Shown piece after piece: positions 30,810 through 40,971 of a DNA stretch of 64,000 nt (positions within the stretch are counted from its first letter, which is position 1; each line of letters begins with the position of its first letter). The notes beneath the pieces are model-generated. The model did no database searches, was not told the DNA's origin, and saw nothing but the letters and a program-made list of their open reading frames with translations. A program made the position numbers and the translations under genes. The stretch covers positions 1,152,001 to 1,216,000 of the forward strand of contig OZ241917.1 in the NCBI GenBank assembly GCA_965203805.1, read 5' to 3'. Source of the DNA: Candidatus Latescibacterota bacterium (lineage in GTDB: Bacteria > Latescibacterota > UBA2968 > GCA-2709665).

Positions 30810-31078
30810 ATGACCTGGGTAGATATTGCCACAATAGCGAATCCTGATTCTGCTTAGTATGGTGGCACACCAGGCGAATACTCTTGTGACGGGATCGGTC
30901 ACTATTGATGTTTATGTCGGAGGGAAGGTCACACTCGAGACGAATGCAATAGCCTATGTGCTTATAGCCTGGTATCTGGCCGAAGCTCACGAATCGCCGA
31001 CGCCGCGCCATTCACGACTTTATCGCTGATACAATAGTTATCCAGACAAATACTGAAACAGCGGTTGCGGAGGAATAA
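30810..31078 (+). pseudogene. Degraded third RDD-family copy
   Basis: AGGAGG-ATG MTWVDIATIA, then out-of-frame pieces ..IAYVLIAWYLAE and LTNRRRRAIHDFIADTIVIQTN..* that match the C-termini of the two intact RDD genes. Confidence 0.75.
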
Positions 31079-31107
31079 GGCAGCCTATTCTCGTTTGGAG
31101 GTTGGTT

Positions 31108-31325
31108 ATGGACTTCGGCAGTACGATGGATTGGTTCACTTTTGTGATGGCGTTAGGTTGGATCGCACTCATCATCATCGGGAGATATTTTATCTCTGGT
31201 TGGCGAATCGACTTGTTCGTGCGGTAGAAGATTTGCTGGTTGTATTGAAGGGAAAATTCGGATCAGGACCGAAGTTGGAGGAGGAAATCGCGGCTGTGCG
31301 GCGAGGAGAGCGGCCGAGAACGTGA
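31108..31325 (+). pseudogene. Frameshifted small membrane protein
   Basis: GGAGG-ATG MDFGSTMDWFTFVMALGWIALIIIG; the hydrophobic helix appears to continue in another frame (IFYLWLANRLVRAVE). Confidence 0.4.
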
Positions 31326-31476
31326 AATCCGTTGGGATGCGGTGATGTAGGACGATTGCCACGCCATTCTTGATTTGTGTATTTGTGCCTACGATTGGAT
31401 GCGCATGCGTCCGGCAGCTTGGGCATTGTGGCCAGGCTGGCCGTGACGTCGTTCATTGGCCCCCATCGTCAGGGGC

Positions 31477-32562
31477 TCAGCTTCCCGCCTCCCCCTCCCC
31501 TACCAAATCCACCCCGAATTCCGCGCCGATTTCGCAGACCGTCTCCCACGTCCGGTCGTCCACCTCAATGCCTTCTTCTTGCCGGATGCGCGCGGTCCGG
31601 AACTCCGGTTCGCCCGGGGCCAGGATTTCATCGAATCCCTCCGCGAGGCGGCTGGATTTCACGTGGCGCATCAGGCCTTCCACTTCGTCGTAGAACGTCT
31701 CCATGTCCGTGAAGTGTTCGATATCGTACGCGTTAATCAACACGCCGTTGCTGATCATCTCCCGGTCCCCCGCCGCGCAGCCCTGGCCGCTGAGCGCCCC
31801 GCCCAATAGCTCGACCATGATGCTCAGCCCGTATCCCTTGTGTCCCGCGCCTCCCCCCAGCGGCAGAATGGCCCCCGGTGGATCGTCCTTGAAATCGTTC
31901 GGCTCCGTGGTGGGCGCCCCGTTCCCGTCGATCAGCCATCCTTCCGGCACCTTGACGCCCTGGTTGATCGCCAGCCGGATCTTGCCTTCGGCGACGATTG
32001 ACGTGGTCATATCCACGAGGATCGGATCCGCGTCCCGGCGCGGGGCCGCAAACGCGATCGGGTTCGTACTCAACCGGCCGTCAATGCCGCCAAACGGCGC
32101 GATCTGATAGCCCAGCCGCCCGGCGTTCACGAAAATCTGCCCGATCATCCCCTCGCTCGCGACCATCAGCGGATACGCGCCCACCCGCCCGATATGGCTG
32201 GTATTTCGCAGTACGACGGTCGCAACACCGCTCCGGCGGGCCTTCTCCATCGCCATCCGGGTCGCGAACGTCGCGCCGACCTGACCCATGGCGCCGCCGC
32301 CGTCCACAACGGCCGTACATGCGCGCTCGGAGATCACCTCGGGAGACGCATCCGGGCTGAAACGGCCGTCCTGTATCGCTTTCGCGTACTCGTAGAAGCG
32401 GATCGCGCCGTGAGAGTCGTGCCCGAACAGGTTGGAGTCCACCAGGTGGTCCACCACCGTCCGCGCGTCCTCGTCGCGGCACCCCGCCGCGCGAAACAAC
32501 CGATACCCCACACCGCGCAACACGTCGGGCTCGAATCTGGGCACATCAACTCCTTCCGTCAA
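31477..32562 (-). CDS. Ldh_2 family (malate/L-lactate/sulfolactate) oxidoreductase
   Basis: GHDSHG, HIGRVG, STNPIAFAAP, GHKGYGL, PGEPE. Confidence 0.92.
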   Translation of the reverse strand: MTEGVDVPRFEPDVLRGVGYRLFRAAGCRDEDARTVVDHLVDSNLFGHDSHGAIRFYEYAKAIQDGRFSPDASPEVISERACTAVVDGGGAMGQVGATFATRMAMEKARRSGVATVVLRNTSHIGRVGAYPLMVASEGMIGQIFVNAGRLGYQIAPFGGIDGRLSTNPIAFAAPRRDADPILVDMTTSIVAEGKIRLAINQGVKVPEGWLIDGNGAPTTEPNDFKDDPPGAILPLGGGAGHKGYGLSIMVELLGGALSGQGCAAGDREMISNGVLINAYDIEHFTDMETFYDEVEGLMRHVKSSRLAEGFDEILAPGEPEFRTARIRQEEGIEVDDRTWETVCEIGAEFGVDLVGEGEAGS

Positions 32563-32757
32563 TGTCGTTTACGATGAACACATACTCCTTGCCCCGTTAC
32601 GCACTTCACGAACTCCCCAGTTGTTTTTTTGAGGGATGCAATGGGAAAATCTCGCCATTTCAACATCGTGCCCAATTACAAACTGATCGCAGGGAGGAAC
32701 AACCATGCGCCGTCGTCTTATCACAGGATCTTGAACGTTCACCGGGGCACGAACTCT

Positions 32758-32931
32758 CTACCCCCGATGTTCGGCACTGACGTCTTTAAATATTTCGGCG
32801 TATCGGCAACTTGACCTGGCGATTTCCTTGATTTGTTCATCGCTGGTGGCGCCGGTATCTAACTTGCCTATCAGCTCGACGAAAATTCGTTCACGCAGGG
32901 TCGCCCCTGCTCGCGCGTAATCTAAAGGCAT
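32758..32931 (-). CDS. Small hypothetical protein (57 aa), below the ORF-track cutoff
   Basis: AGGAGG 6 nt before ATG; MPLDYARAGATLRERIFVELIGKLDTGATSDEQIKEIARSSCRYAEIFKDVSAEHRG*. Confidence 0.6.
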   Translation of the reverse strand: MPLDYARAGATLRERIFVELIGKLDTGATSDEQIKEIARSSCRYAEIFKDVSAEHRG

Positions 32932-33247
32932 TTTACGCCTCCTGGTAAGTATGGGTTTAGCCTTAAATCGACAAAAGCCGCAACGCGGCGGCGCGACAAC
33001 ACCTTCCGATTCGGGCCGAAGTGGTCGAACGGAAGAATATTTATTCCGTTCACGTCCAGTGACCTGAAGGATCCTGGAAGTCCGACGTCAAATCGCCTTT
33101 GTCCATTGGCAGATACCGGAATTGACGTCCCCGAAAAACCACGAATCAAGAGTAACTGTGACCACGCCAATTTTACCCTGTAGGCGCAATGGAAAAAGAG
33201 GGAATTCGACGAGTGGCTGGAAAGGCGGCAGGGGGAAAGGCGGGAAT

Positions 33248-33517
33248 CTATTCAGAGGCGTCTAATCTGGCTTCGTTCTTGGCGATACGCTCGCCAAAGG
33301 AGTCCAGGCGCTTCTCGACTCTCTCGAAGCGGTTGTTCATTGTGTCTTCAAGCCTGTCTATGCGTTGGGTAAGTCTGTTTTCAAGGTTGTTTATCCGATG
33401 AGTGAGTCTGTTTTCGAGGCTGGAGGTAAGTGTCCACATCGCGCCTATTAAAACGAACAGGAAGGTAACCATTCGTAAGTTTTCAGCGTTGAAAAAAGAT
33501 TTCGCGTTCATAGCCAT
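33248..33517 (-). CDS. Small membrane-anchored coiled-coil protein with 11-aa repeats
   Basis: TM helix, then LENRLTHRINN/LENRLTQRIDR/LEDTMNNRFER/VEKRLDSFGER; GGAGAGG RBS. Confidence 0.75.
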   Translation of the reverse strand: MAMNAKSFFNAENLRMVTFLFVLIGAMWTLTSSLENRLTHRINNLENRLTQRIDRLEDTMNNRFERVEKRLDSFGERIAKNEARLDASE

Positions 33518-33543
33518 ACCTCTCCAGTGCAGGTATTTCCGGA

Positions 33544-33572
33544 AAAGTACGTGGATATGCCTGACCTGTCAA
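33544..33572 (-). promoter_or_regulatory. sigma70-type promoter for the coiled-coil gene
   Basis: TTGACA-17 nt-TACTTT on the minus strand. Confidence 0.6.
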
Positions 33573-33632
33573 GCACAAAGTACGGCAAGGCCGGCACGCG
33601 AATTCCGGGCTCGATTCGGTCGCAGGTAGGCA

Positions 33633-34670
33633 TCAACCTCCTGACGCCGCCTGATATGCCTGCACCTGCGCATCGCTCGCCTGTTTTCTGTATTGCGCGG
33701 CCGTCATTCCGTGTTCGGACATGCGGAGTTGGAAATACTGGCGACCGATGCCGCTGTTTCTGGCTGCCCGCGATACGTTTCCGTCGGCTCGAAGAAGCGC
33801 CCGGTGCAGATACTCCTCTGTGAAACGCTCCATGCACACCCTGCGCGCGTCCTTGTACGGCAGGCTGTAGATGCCGCGGTCCGGTCTTATCTCAGCGTCC
33901 TGGACTTCGTACGGCAGGTCGTCCGGCGTGATCACGTCTCCGTCGGTCAGCGCCAACGCGCCCGCGATGGTGTGCGCGAGTTCCCGGATATTCCCGGGCC
34001 AGTCATAGCCTTCCAGCAGGGCACGGGTTTCGGAGTTGATCCGGCATGCGGCTCTTCCGGCGCCGCCGTATCGATCCAGAAAATGTGCGGCCAGAATGGG
34101 AATGTCGCTTCGACGTTCGCGCAGCGCCGGCAGATGGAGATGAATCACCCGAAGGCGGTAATACAGGTCGTTTCGAAAACGTCCCGCCTCAACCCCCTGC
34201 TTCAGGTCCCGGTTCGTCGCCGCGACCACGCGGATCCGCGCCCGTTTCCATCGGTGGTCCCCGACCGTCCTGTATTCACCTTCCTGGATCAGGCGAAGCA
34301 GTTGCCGCTGCAGGGGCTCATCGAGTTCCCCCACTTCATCGAAAAAAAGCGTCCCGCCGCGTGCGACGCCCACCAGCCCAGGTCGGGACTCCGTGGCGCC
34401 GGTGAACGCCCCCCTGACATGCCCGAACAGTTCGCTCCGCCCCATTTCCTTCGCCAGAATGCCGCAGTCCACAACCACGAACGGCGCGCCGGCGCGGGGA
34501 CTGCGATCGTGCACTTCGCGGGCGATGAGTTCCTTCCCGGTCCCGGACTCGCCGGTGACCAGCACGGGAAGTTCGCTCTCTCCCGCCCGGCGCGCAAGTC
34601 TTCGCACCGCGCCGAATGCGGGATGAGCGCCCACCATGGAGTCGTGCCTGCAACGGGAACTCTCAAACAT
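33633..34670 (-). CDS. sigma54-dependent activator lacking an N-terminal regulatory domain
   Basis: GESGTGKE, GAFTGA, FFDEVGE, DLYYRL, WPGNIREL, Fis-type HTH; the AAA+ domain starts after about 10 aa. Confidence 0.9.
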   Translation of the reverse strand: MFESSRCRHDSMVGAHPAFGAVRRLARRAGESELPVLVTGESGTGKELIAREVHDRSPRAGAPFVVVDCGILAKEMGRSELFGHVRGAFTGATESRPGLVGVARGGTLFFDEVGELDEPLQRQLLRLIQEGEYRTVGDHRWKRARIRVVAATNRDLKQGVEAGRFRNDLYYRLRVIHLHLPALRERRSDIPILAAHFLDRYGGAGRAACRINSETRALLEGYDWPGNIRELAHTIAGALALTDGDVITPDDLPYEVQDAEIRPDRGIYSLPYKDARRVCMERFTEEYLHRALLRADGNVSRAARNSGIGRQYFQLRMSEHGMTAAQYRKQASDAQVQAYQAASGG

Positions 34671-34771
34671 GCTTGGACACAGGGGCCGCCCGCCAGGTCG
34701 CAGGACGGCAAGCTGGATTCAAATTGCGGTATGCCGGAGATACGCGGATCTGCGGTACAAGCGTTTCATCT

Positions 34772-34787
34772 TGCAAACATCGTACCC
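34772..34787 (-). promoter_or_regulatory. sigma54 -24/-12 promoter
   Basis: Minus strand GGGTACGATGTTTGCA = GG-N10-GC, close to consensus TGGCACGN4TTGCW; about 100 bp upstream of the 345-aa activator. Confidence 0.65.
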
Positions 34788-35027
34788 AAAAAAAGGAAAA
34801 GCGTCCCGATTCATCGCAGGCGCTTTCAATACAACGGTTTAGGTTTGCAATCGCCAGACGAATCCGATCTCCAGTCATCCCTCCGGGTGCCAACACACGT
34901 AGACGCCGATTTTGCCAAACAAAACGACATCTGCGCGAACACGCGTAACCTGTTGATACCAATAAGCATATCGACTGTCAACGTGAGTTGACGAAAAGTT
35001 CCGGTCGTGCCCGCCCGTCAACAGTTG

Positions 35028-37745
35028 TTACCGCGCGCCCCTGAGGCCGTGCCGATCCAGCTTTTTGTACAACCCGGAACGCGTCAGCCCCAACTCCAGA
35101 GCCGTTCGGGAGATGTTCCCTTTGTTCTTTTCGATCACCTCGGATAGAAAGCGCTTTTCAACCGACTGAATAAAGGCTTTCAATGTACCTGCCGGTCCCT
35201 GTCCGCTACCCGTTTCTTGACGTATGCGTTCAGAAAGCAATTCAACGTCGATAACCCCGCCATTTTCCAACAGGGCCACCGCTCGGCGTATCTCGTTATC
35301 CAACTGGCGCACGTTACCGGGCCAGTCGAATCTCAATAGGACCTTCACCGCCCCCTCCGTGAAACCTGTCACGGTTTTCCCGGCGTCGCGGGCGGCGATT
35401 CGCAGCAAGTGTCCGGCCAAGAGCGGGATGTCGTCTTTCCTGTCCTTAAGTGGCGGCATCTCGACTGTCAACACCTGAAGTCGGTAGAACAGGTCTTTGC
35501 GAAACGCCCCGGCGGTTACCGCCGCTTCCAGATCCGCGTTCGTCGCCGCGATGACGCGGACACTGACCCGCCGCGGAGCGTTCTCACCCACCCGCCGGAC
35601 CTCTCCGTCCTGCAGAACCCGGAGCAGGCTGGCCTGGACTTCGGGCGCGGCGTCCGCAATCTCGTCGAGAAAGACCGTGCCGCCTTGCGCGGACTCAAAC
35701 AGCCCGGCACGGTCCGACGTGGCGCCCGTAAACGATCCCTTCCTGTGACCGAATAACTCGCTATGGAGCAACCCACCGGACAGCGCCGCGCAATTCTGCG
35801 ATAGAAACACACGGTCACTGACGGCGCTGTTGTCGTGAATCGCGCGGGCCGCGAGTTCCTTGCCTGTACCCGTCTCTCCCTGTATAAGCACCGTCACGTC
35901 CGTGCGGGCCGCGCGGTCGATCAGCCGATAGACCGTCTGCATCGCGCGACTGGCGCCAACCATACCGCCCAATCCCTGCCTTCCGGCCGGGTCGCGCTCC
36001 CGATACAACGTCCCCTCCTCCAATCTGCTTCGCATCCGGGCCTGAACCATGCCCGCGGACAGAAGGCCGACCAGTGCGATCAGAAACCTGCGGTCCGCTT
36101 CGGAAACGCCGGCACGGGTACCGCGAAGATCCAGATACAATGCCCCTGGAGAACCTGACTCCGTCTGGGTCAGCGGTATACATGCCACCGGGCGTTGGTC
36201 GAAGTCAAATACGCGCTGCCGTTTCCGGAACCGCATATCCGTCTCGGCTTTTGCGCCAAAAACCGGTTTTTTGTTCTCGATCACCCGTCGCGCCACGTCC
36301 CGGACAACGTCCGTCGGCGCGGGCTTTTTGCCATCGCGAGACCGCACCGCTTCGATACCCAACGCTCCCGACGCGGCATCTTTCACCACAACGGCGGCCG
36401 TGTCCGCCCCCAAGGCCTCCAGACATACGTCCAGTGTCCTGTTCATCAGTGAAGCCAAATCGAGGCCCCGACCCAGATCCGCAGCAAGGTTGGAGACCGC
36501 CACAATCCTGTCGAGGGCCGGTCGACGCGCCGGTGAAACCCCGGTTTCAGATCGATCTCTCAGCCTGGCCAACCTGGCAAGGAGATTCGACGCCTGACGA
36601 ACATAGTGGGGTGTCTGCAGGTCCGCTGCCTTGCGCGCTGCCGACTCGAGCCGCATCCGCGCCATATCCGAATTGCCGTGGTCAAGATAGTACCGGCCGG
36701 CCGCCAGCAGCGAGCGGCACCATTCAAATCGCTGGCTTGAGCAGTCGCCCGCGACGGACCGCTCGAACGCCTCTTCGGCCTCACCATGGCGATTCGCGGC
36801 CGCCATCGCGACCCCGATCCCGCGCCAGGTCACCGTAGGAGTTTCGCCGGCCATCCGGGTGCCGGCGCGGGCGCTGTCCGCCCATCTCACCGCCTCGTCG
36901 GGGCTCCCCAGTGCCGAGCATGCCTCCGCCATCAGGCCGAACGCCCAGTAGAGCTGATGCGCGTCCTTAACATGCGACAAAATCTCAACGGCCTTTCTTC
37001 CATATACCAAAGCGGCCTTCGCGTCGTTCTTCTCCAGTGAGATCGAACCGAGGTAAAACTGGCTCACGCCCTCTGTCACGGTTCGTCTCCAGTCACCGTC
37101 GGACGCCAGCTGTGCGCGGAAGAATTCTTCAGCACGTTTGAAATCTCCGGTTTGAAATGCGGTCGTGCCGGTCAGATGCAAATCGCCGATCGGGCCGACC
37201 CGGCTAACTGCTTCTTCCGACCGAACCAGAGCGGATTGGAACCCCGTATGAGCATCTCCAAGACGATCGTCCAAATGGGCAATACAAGCCGTGAAATAGC
37301 TGGCTTTCGACCTGCTCGCTGCGTCATCGGCTCTCTCGAAATGTTCGGATATGCGGCCCAGTTCCATCCTGGCTTTCTCCCGCCGTTCCATTCGCACATA
37401 AAGATCGGCCAGCCACCCCCTCGCATCCATTTCTTTCTGTGGAAGCCCGAGCCTTCGGTAGATTGCAATCGCATCCAGAAACGCCCGTTCGGCGGCGGCG
37501 TACAACCGGGAACGGGCGTTGAGAATACCGAACTGGCACAGAACCATCGCCTTCTCGTCGGGGGCGTCGTCTGTAATCAGCGACCACGCATCCTGGGCTT
37601 TCTCCCTGGCCTCCTCGACATAGCCCTTTGAGGACAGCGCGTTGGAATAATCGCACAGGAACCTTATCGCGGATCTGACGCTATCGGCAGGCACAGCATC
37701 CGCATCATCAATCCTGAAACACGGCTTCGATACGCCCTCAAACAT
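35028..37745 (-). CDS. sigma54-dependent regulator: TPR repeats + GAF + AAA+ + HTH
   Basis: N-terminal TPRs, GAF-like region (ACIPL...GALYLD), [33 protein letters not shown]. Confidence 0.9.
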   Translation of the reverse strand: MFEGVSKPCFRIDDADAVPADSVRSAIRFLCDYSNALSSKGYVEEAREKAQDAWSLITDDAPDEKAMVLCQFGILNARSRLYAAAERAFLDAIAIYRRLGLPQKEMDARGWLADLYVRMERREKARMELGRISEHFERADDAASRSKASYFTACIAHLDDRLGDAHTGFQSALVRSEEAVSRVGPIGDLHLTGTTAFQTGDFKRAEEFFRAQLASDGDWRRTVTEGVSQFYLGSISLEKNDAKAALVYGRKAVEILSHVKDAHQLYWAFGLMAEACSALGSPDEAVRWADSARAGTRMAGETPTVTWRGIGVAMAAANRHGEAEEAFERSVAGDCSSQRFEWCRSLLAAGRYYLDHGNSDMARMRLESAARKAADLQTPHYVRQASNLLARLARLRDRSETGVSPARRPALDRIVAVSNLAADLGRGLDLASLMNRTLDVCLEALGADTAAVVVKDAASGALGIEAVRSRDGKKPAPTDVVRDVARRVIENKKPVFGAKAETDMRFRKRQRVFDFDQRPVACIPLTQTESGSPGALYLDLRGTRAGVSEADRRFLIALVGLLSAGMVQARMRSRLEEGTLYRERDPAGRQGLGGMVGASRAMQTVYRLIDRAARTDVTVLIQGETGTGKELAARAIHDNSAVSDRVFLSQNCAALSGGLLHSELFGHRKGSFTGATSDRAGLFESAQGGTVFLDEIADAAPEVQASLLRVLQDGEVRRVGENAPRRVSVRVIAATNADLEAAVTAGAFRKDLFYRLQVLTVEMPPLKDRKDDIPLLAGHLLRIAARDAGKTVTGFTEGAVKVLLRFDWPGNVRQLDNEIRRAVALLENGGVIDVELLSERIRQETGSGQGPAGTLKAFIQSVEKRFLSEVIEKNKGNISRTALELGLTRSGLYKKLDRHGLRGAR

Positions 37746-37902
37746 AATTTATGCGCGGTCTACGGATGAGTTAGCCACCCGGCTCAATTGCGTTTCACGC
37801 GAGAAGCCGGGACATTGTCTACAATCGAATGATTACAGCTCTACAAAAAACAGGCCGGATTGAACCGGTTACGTTCTTTCCTGCTATTGCAAACCGAGTG
37901 GT

Positions 37903-40062
37903 TCACCCGGAATCCTCTTGCCCCACCAACAACTCCAGCGGATGGATGACGTCGATGCCCGTGCCCTCGCGCAGGTGGATGGCGCACACGCTGCTTTCGG
38001 TGACGATGGTATCCACCTTCGCTTCCTGGAACGCCTGAAACAGCGGTTCTCCCACGGCCTGCGAGAGCTCGTATCCGAGCATTCCCTTTTTCATCCCGAA
38101 CGTTCCCGCCATGCCGCAGCAGGTGCCTGTCTCAACCAGCTCGACCTCGGCGCCGCGCCGCCTCAGATAGTCCATCGCCTGGCGGCCCCCATCGAGCGGC
38201 CGCTGGTGGCACGAGACGTGGAATCCGAACCGCCGGCCCTCATATTCAGCCGAAGGGGGCCCGCCTCCGGCGCGCGACTCGAGCATTTCGAGATACGCGA
38301 ACAGCTCGTGCGTGCGTTCCGATACGGCTTTCGCATCCGCAAGACCGTATAGCAGCTTGGGATAGGATATTTTCAGACAGTACGCGGCCGTTGGCTCCGT
38401 GGCGACGATATCGTAGCCCGACTCGACGTAGGGCGCCATGAGGCGCACGTTCTCCTCGGCCAGCTTCTTCGCCCGCTTGAGGTCTCCGTAGCCGATGTAC
38501 GGGTATCCGCTGCCGCGCTGCCTGGGCAGAACGACCTCGCATCCCAGCGCTTCCAGCGCTTCTACGGCCGCCCGGCCCAGTTCCGGCGCATTGTAATTCG
38601 CGAAAAGGTCGGCAAAGAATACCACCCGGCCCGCCGGTTCCGCCATCCGAGGCGCTGCGCCCCTCCTCCTGAACCATTTCGCCAGCGTCTGTCGCCTGAA
38701 CGGGGGCAACGCCCGTCGCCGGTCGATGCCCGTAAACGCCTCCATCGCCCACCGGAACGCGCGGTTCCTCATCATCCAGTTGGAGACGGGCGCCGTGGCG
38801 CAACCGAACTTCGCCATCCCCTCCGCGGCCATGAGAACCCGGTTGACCCGGGGGTGTCCGTTTTCCTCGCCGTCGCGGTCCTTCACGCCGGCAATCATCA
38901 TGGGAATATCGATTCCGGCGGGACAGATCTCCTTGCAGAGCCCGCATGAGACACAAAGCGGCGCGAATTCGGCGGCCTTGTCCAGTCCGTGGACCTCCGA
39001 CGTCCAGGGGATCCCGATCGGTCCCGGATAGATATAGCCAAATGTGTGCCCGCCGACCACTCCGTAGGTCGGACAGATATTCATGCAGGCGCCGCAGCGG
39101 ATACAATTCAGCGCGTCCTTGAACAGGGGATCCTCACGCATCCGGCTGCGTCCGTTGTCCAGGATGATGATATGCGATTCCCGCGGTCCACGTCCGTTCC
39201 CCGTTCCCAGAGGAGACCGCCCCCCCATCATCGTCACGTACGTCGTCAGATGCTGCCCCACGGCGCTGATGGGATGCGCAAGCATCATCTGCAGTGCATC
39301 CTCAACCGTATCCACGATCTTTTCACACCCCATGATGCAGATATGGACGTCGGGTATGCTCGAAACCAGGCGCGCGTTGCCTTCATTCGTCTCGATTACG
39401 ATCGCACCGGTCTCCGCGACCCCCACATTGGCCCCCGTCATCCCGATATCCGCGTTCAGAAAAATCGGCCGCAGGTACTTGCGCACGATTCGCATGATGG
39501 CGTCCACGTCATTCGGCACGTCCTCCTGCGTCACCTCCCGGAATATTTCCGCGACTTCCACCGCCGTTTTATGCACCGCGGGGAAGACCAGGTGAAAGGG
39601 TTTTTCCTTCACTTTCTGGATGATCAGTTCACCCAGGTCCGTCTCGATCACGTCCACCCCCGCCGCTTCCAGAGGATGGTTCACCTCGATTTCCTCGCTT
39701 GTGAGAGACTTGGACTTGGCCACGGTCCTGGCCCCGCGCTTATTCACGATGTCCAGAATGTATGCAATCGCGGCGGGGCCGTCGTTCGCCCTGAAAACCT
39801 CCGCGCCGCGCTGCCGCACCTTTCGCGCAAACCTGTCCACAAGTTCGTCCTGCTGGTCCAGACACCGGACCTTGACGGAACGAACCGCGTTCCGGAACCC
39901 CTCGCCTCCCGGCAGCGCGCCGACGGCTTTATGCCGGCTGTCGCGGCCGCGTTTCATGGCGCGGTAAAGCGCCGTCCGGCTGGACCGCGCTTCCAGCGCA
40001 CGATCGATTTTCTCTTCCAGTTGCTGGCACCGACCCTTCAGCATCGTCCGCTTCCTTTGCAC
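37903..40062 (-). CDS. LutB-like LUD/4Fe-4S protein fused to CCG (GlpC-like) domains
   Basis: KSKSLTSEEI, ETDLGE, NEGN, CIRCGACMNICP, CVSCGLCKEICP, then FHVSCHQR, CCGMAGTFG. Confidence 0.88.
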   Translation of the reverse strand: MQRKRTMLKGRCQQLEEKIDRALEARSSRTALYRAMKRGRDSRHKAVGALPGGEGFRNAVRSVKVRCLDQQDELVDRFARKVRQRGAEVFRANDGPAAIAYILDIVNKRGARTVAKSKSLTSEEIEVNHPLEAAGVDVIETDLGELIIQKVKEKPFHLVFPAVHKTAVEVAEIFREVTQEDVPNDVDAIMRIVRKYLRPIFLNADIGMTGANVGVAETGAIVIETNEGNARLVSSIPDVHICIMGCEKIVDTVEDALQMMLAHPISAVGQHLTTYVTMMGGRSPLGTGNGRGPRESHIIILDNGRSRMREDPLFKDALNCIRCGACMNICPTYGVVGGHTFGYIYPGPIGIPWTSEVHGLDKAAEFAPLCVSCGLCKEICPAGIDIPMMIAGVKDRDGEENGHPRVNRVLMAAEGMAKFGCATAPVSNWMMRNRAFRWAMEAFTGIDRRRALPPFRRQTLAKWFRRRGAAPRMAEPAGRVVFFADLFANYNAPELGRAAVEALEALGCEVVLPRQRGSGYPYIGYGDLKRAKKLAEENVRLMAPYVESGYDIVATEPTAAYCLKISYPKLLYGLADAKAVSERTHELFAYLEMLESRAGGGPPSAEYEGRRFGFHVSCHQRPLDGGRQAMDYLRRRGAEVELVETGTCCGMAGTFGMKKGMLGYELSQAVGEPLFQAFQEAKVDTIVTESSVCAIHLREGTGIDVIHPLELLVGQEDSG

Positions 40063-40101
40063 TAAGACCGTCTGTATCGAATTAGAACCACAGACAGTAT
40101 C

Positions 40102-40671
40102 CTATACGTCCAGAATCACCGCGTGAGCCATCTCCGGGCCATGGACACCCAGCGTGAGCCGCATCTCGATATCGGCCGTCCGGCTCGGGCCCGATATAAA
40201 CGTCACGGTGGCATTCTCCGGCTGATCTGTCATAAACTCCCGGATCCGGGGTCCGGCGTCCATCAACGTCTCCTTAATCTCCTCGGCCCGAACGACGCCC
40301 AGATGCGCCCTTGGCAGCGTGGAAACGAGTCGGGTCGCGTCGTTTGTCGCGAATTCGACGAGCGCGCCCGCGTCGGCCACGGCAAACTCCGCCCAGGACA
40401 CCCCGACATCCGCGGCGTCGATGGCGCCCGGCAGCGTTGAACCGTCGTAGGGCGGCCTCAACAGCTCGACCCCCGCATCGGCGCACCGCGACGCCAGTTC
40501 CCGCATCAGCGCGTCCGGAAGCTCCGCCGCGGCCAGCCGGGTTCCCCCGGACTCGCGAACGACCGAGAGCACCGCCGCCGCCGCCGCCGCCATGCTGTCG
40601 GCTATGTGTACGCGTCCGGAGAGCGTTTCGTACTTTGATACAAACCTCTCGATGACATCGGCCGACATCAT
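40102..40671 (-). CDS. LutC/LUD domain protein
   Basis: FISGPSRTADIE..L..GVHGP. Confidence 0.9.
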   Translation of the reverse strand: MMSADVIERFVSKYETLSGRVHIADSMAAAAAAVLSVVRESGGTRLAAAELPDALMRELASRCADAGVELLRPPYDGSTLPGAIDAADVGVSWAEFAVADAGALVEFATNDATRLVSTLPRAHLGVVRAEEIKETLMDAGPRIREFMTDQPENATVTFISGPSRTADIEMRLTLGVHGPEMAHAVILDV

Positions 40672-40971
40672 CCTCCCCTTTCAATGATAACCCGACACCA
40701 TCCGTTTCGGGCGCCAACAAGGTAAGCGCAAAACGGTCCCGGGTCAACCGTCACCCGGACGGACTGTGCTTCCGAACCGGTCCGTTTTCGTTTGTCGCCG
40801 TTGCACGGGAATCGTATATTCGTCGGCCCCGGATCGAGGCCGATTCAGCGTCTCGTCAGACCGGGTTCTTTCCGATCTTTTCCCGGCGATGCTGTCGCGC
40901 GTTCCCGTCGATTTCCCGGGGCTCCCCGCTGCTGCTTTTTTGACGTACGCGTCAACCCACGGAGCATTTCA

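Larger units (their letters stand above)
22790..31450. other. Lower-GC accessory island with decaying genes
   Basis: Visibly AT-richer than the flanks; contains an IS, RDD paralogs and gene remnants. No integrase or att repeat seen; boundaries are approximate. Confidence 0.7.

Noticed and set aside
22790-31450. Prophage, integron or ICE
   Set aside because: No integrase, phage genes, att repeats or recurring attC-like sites seen.
32692-32734. GGAGG-ATG 9-codon ORF MRRRLITGS
   Set aside because: Too short, with no downstream gene on that strand; probably a remnant or chance.
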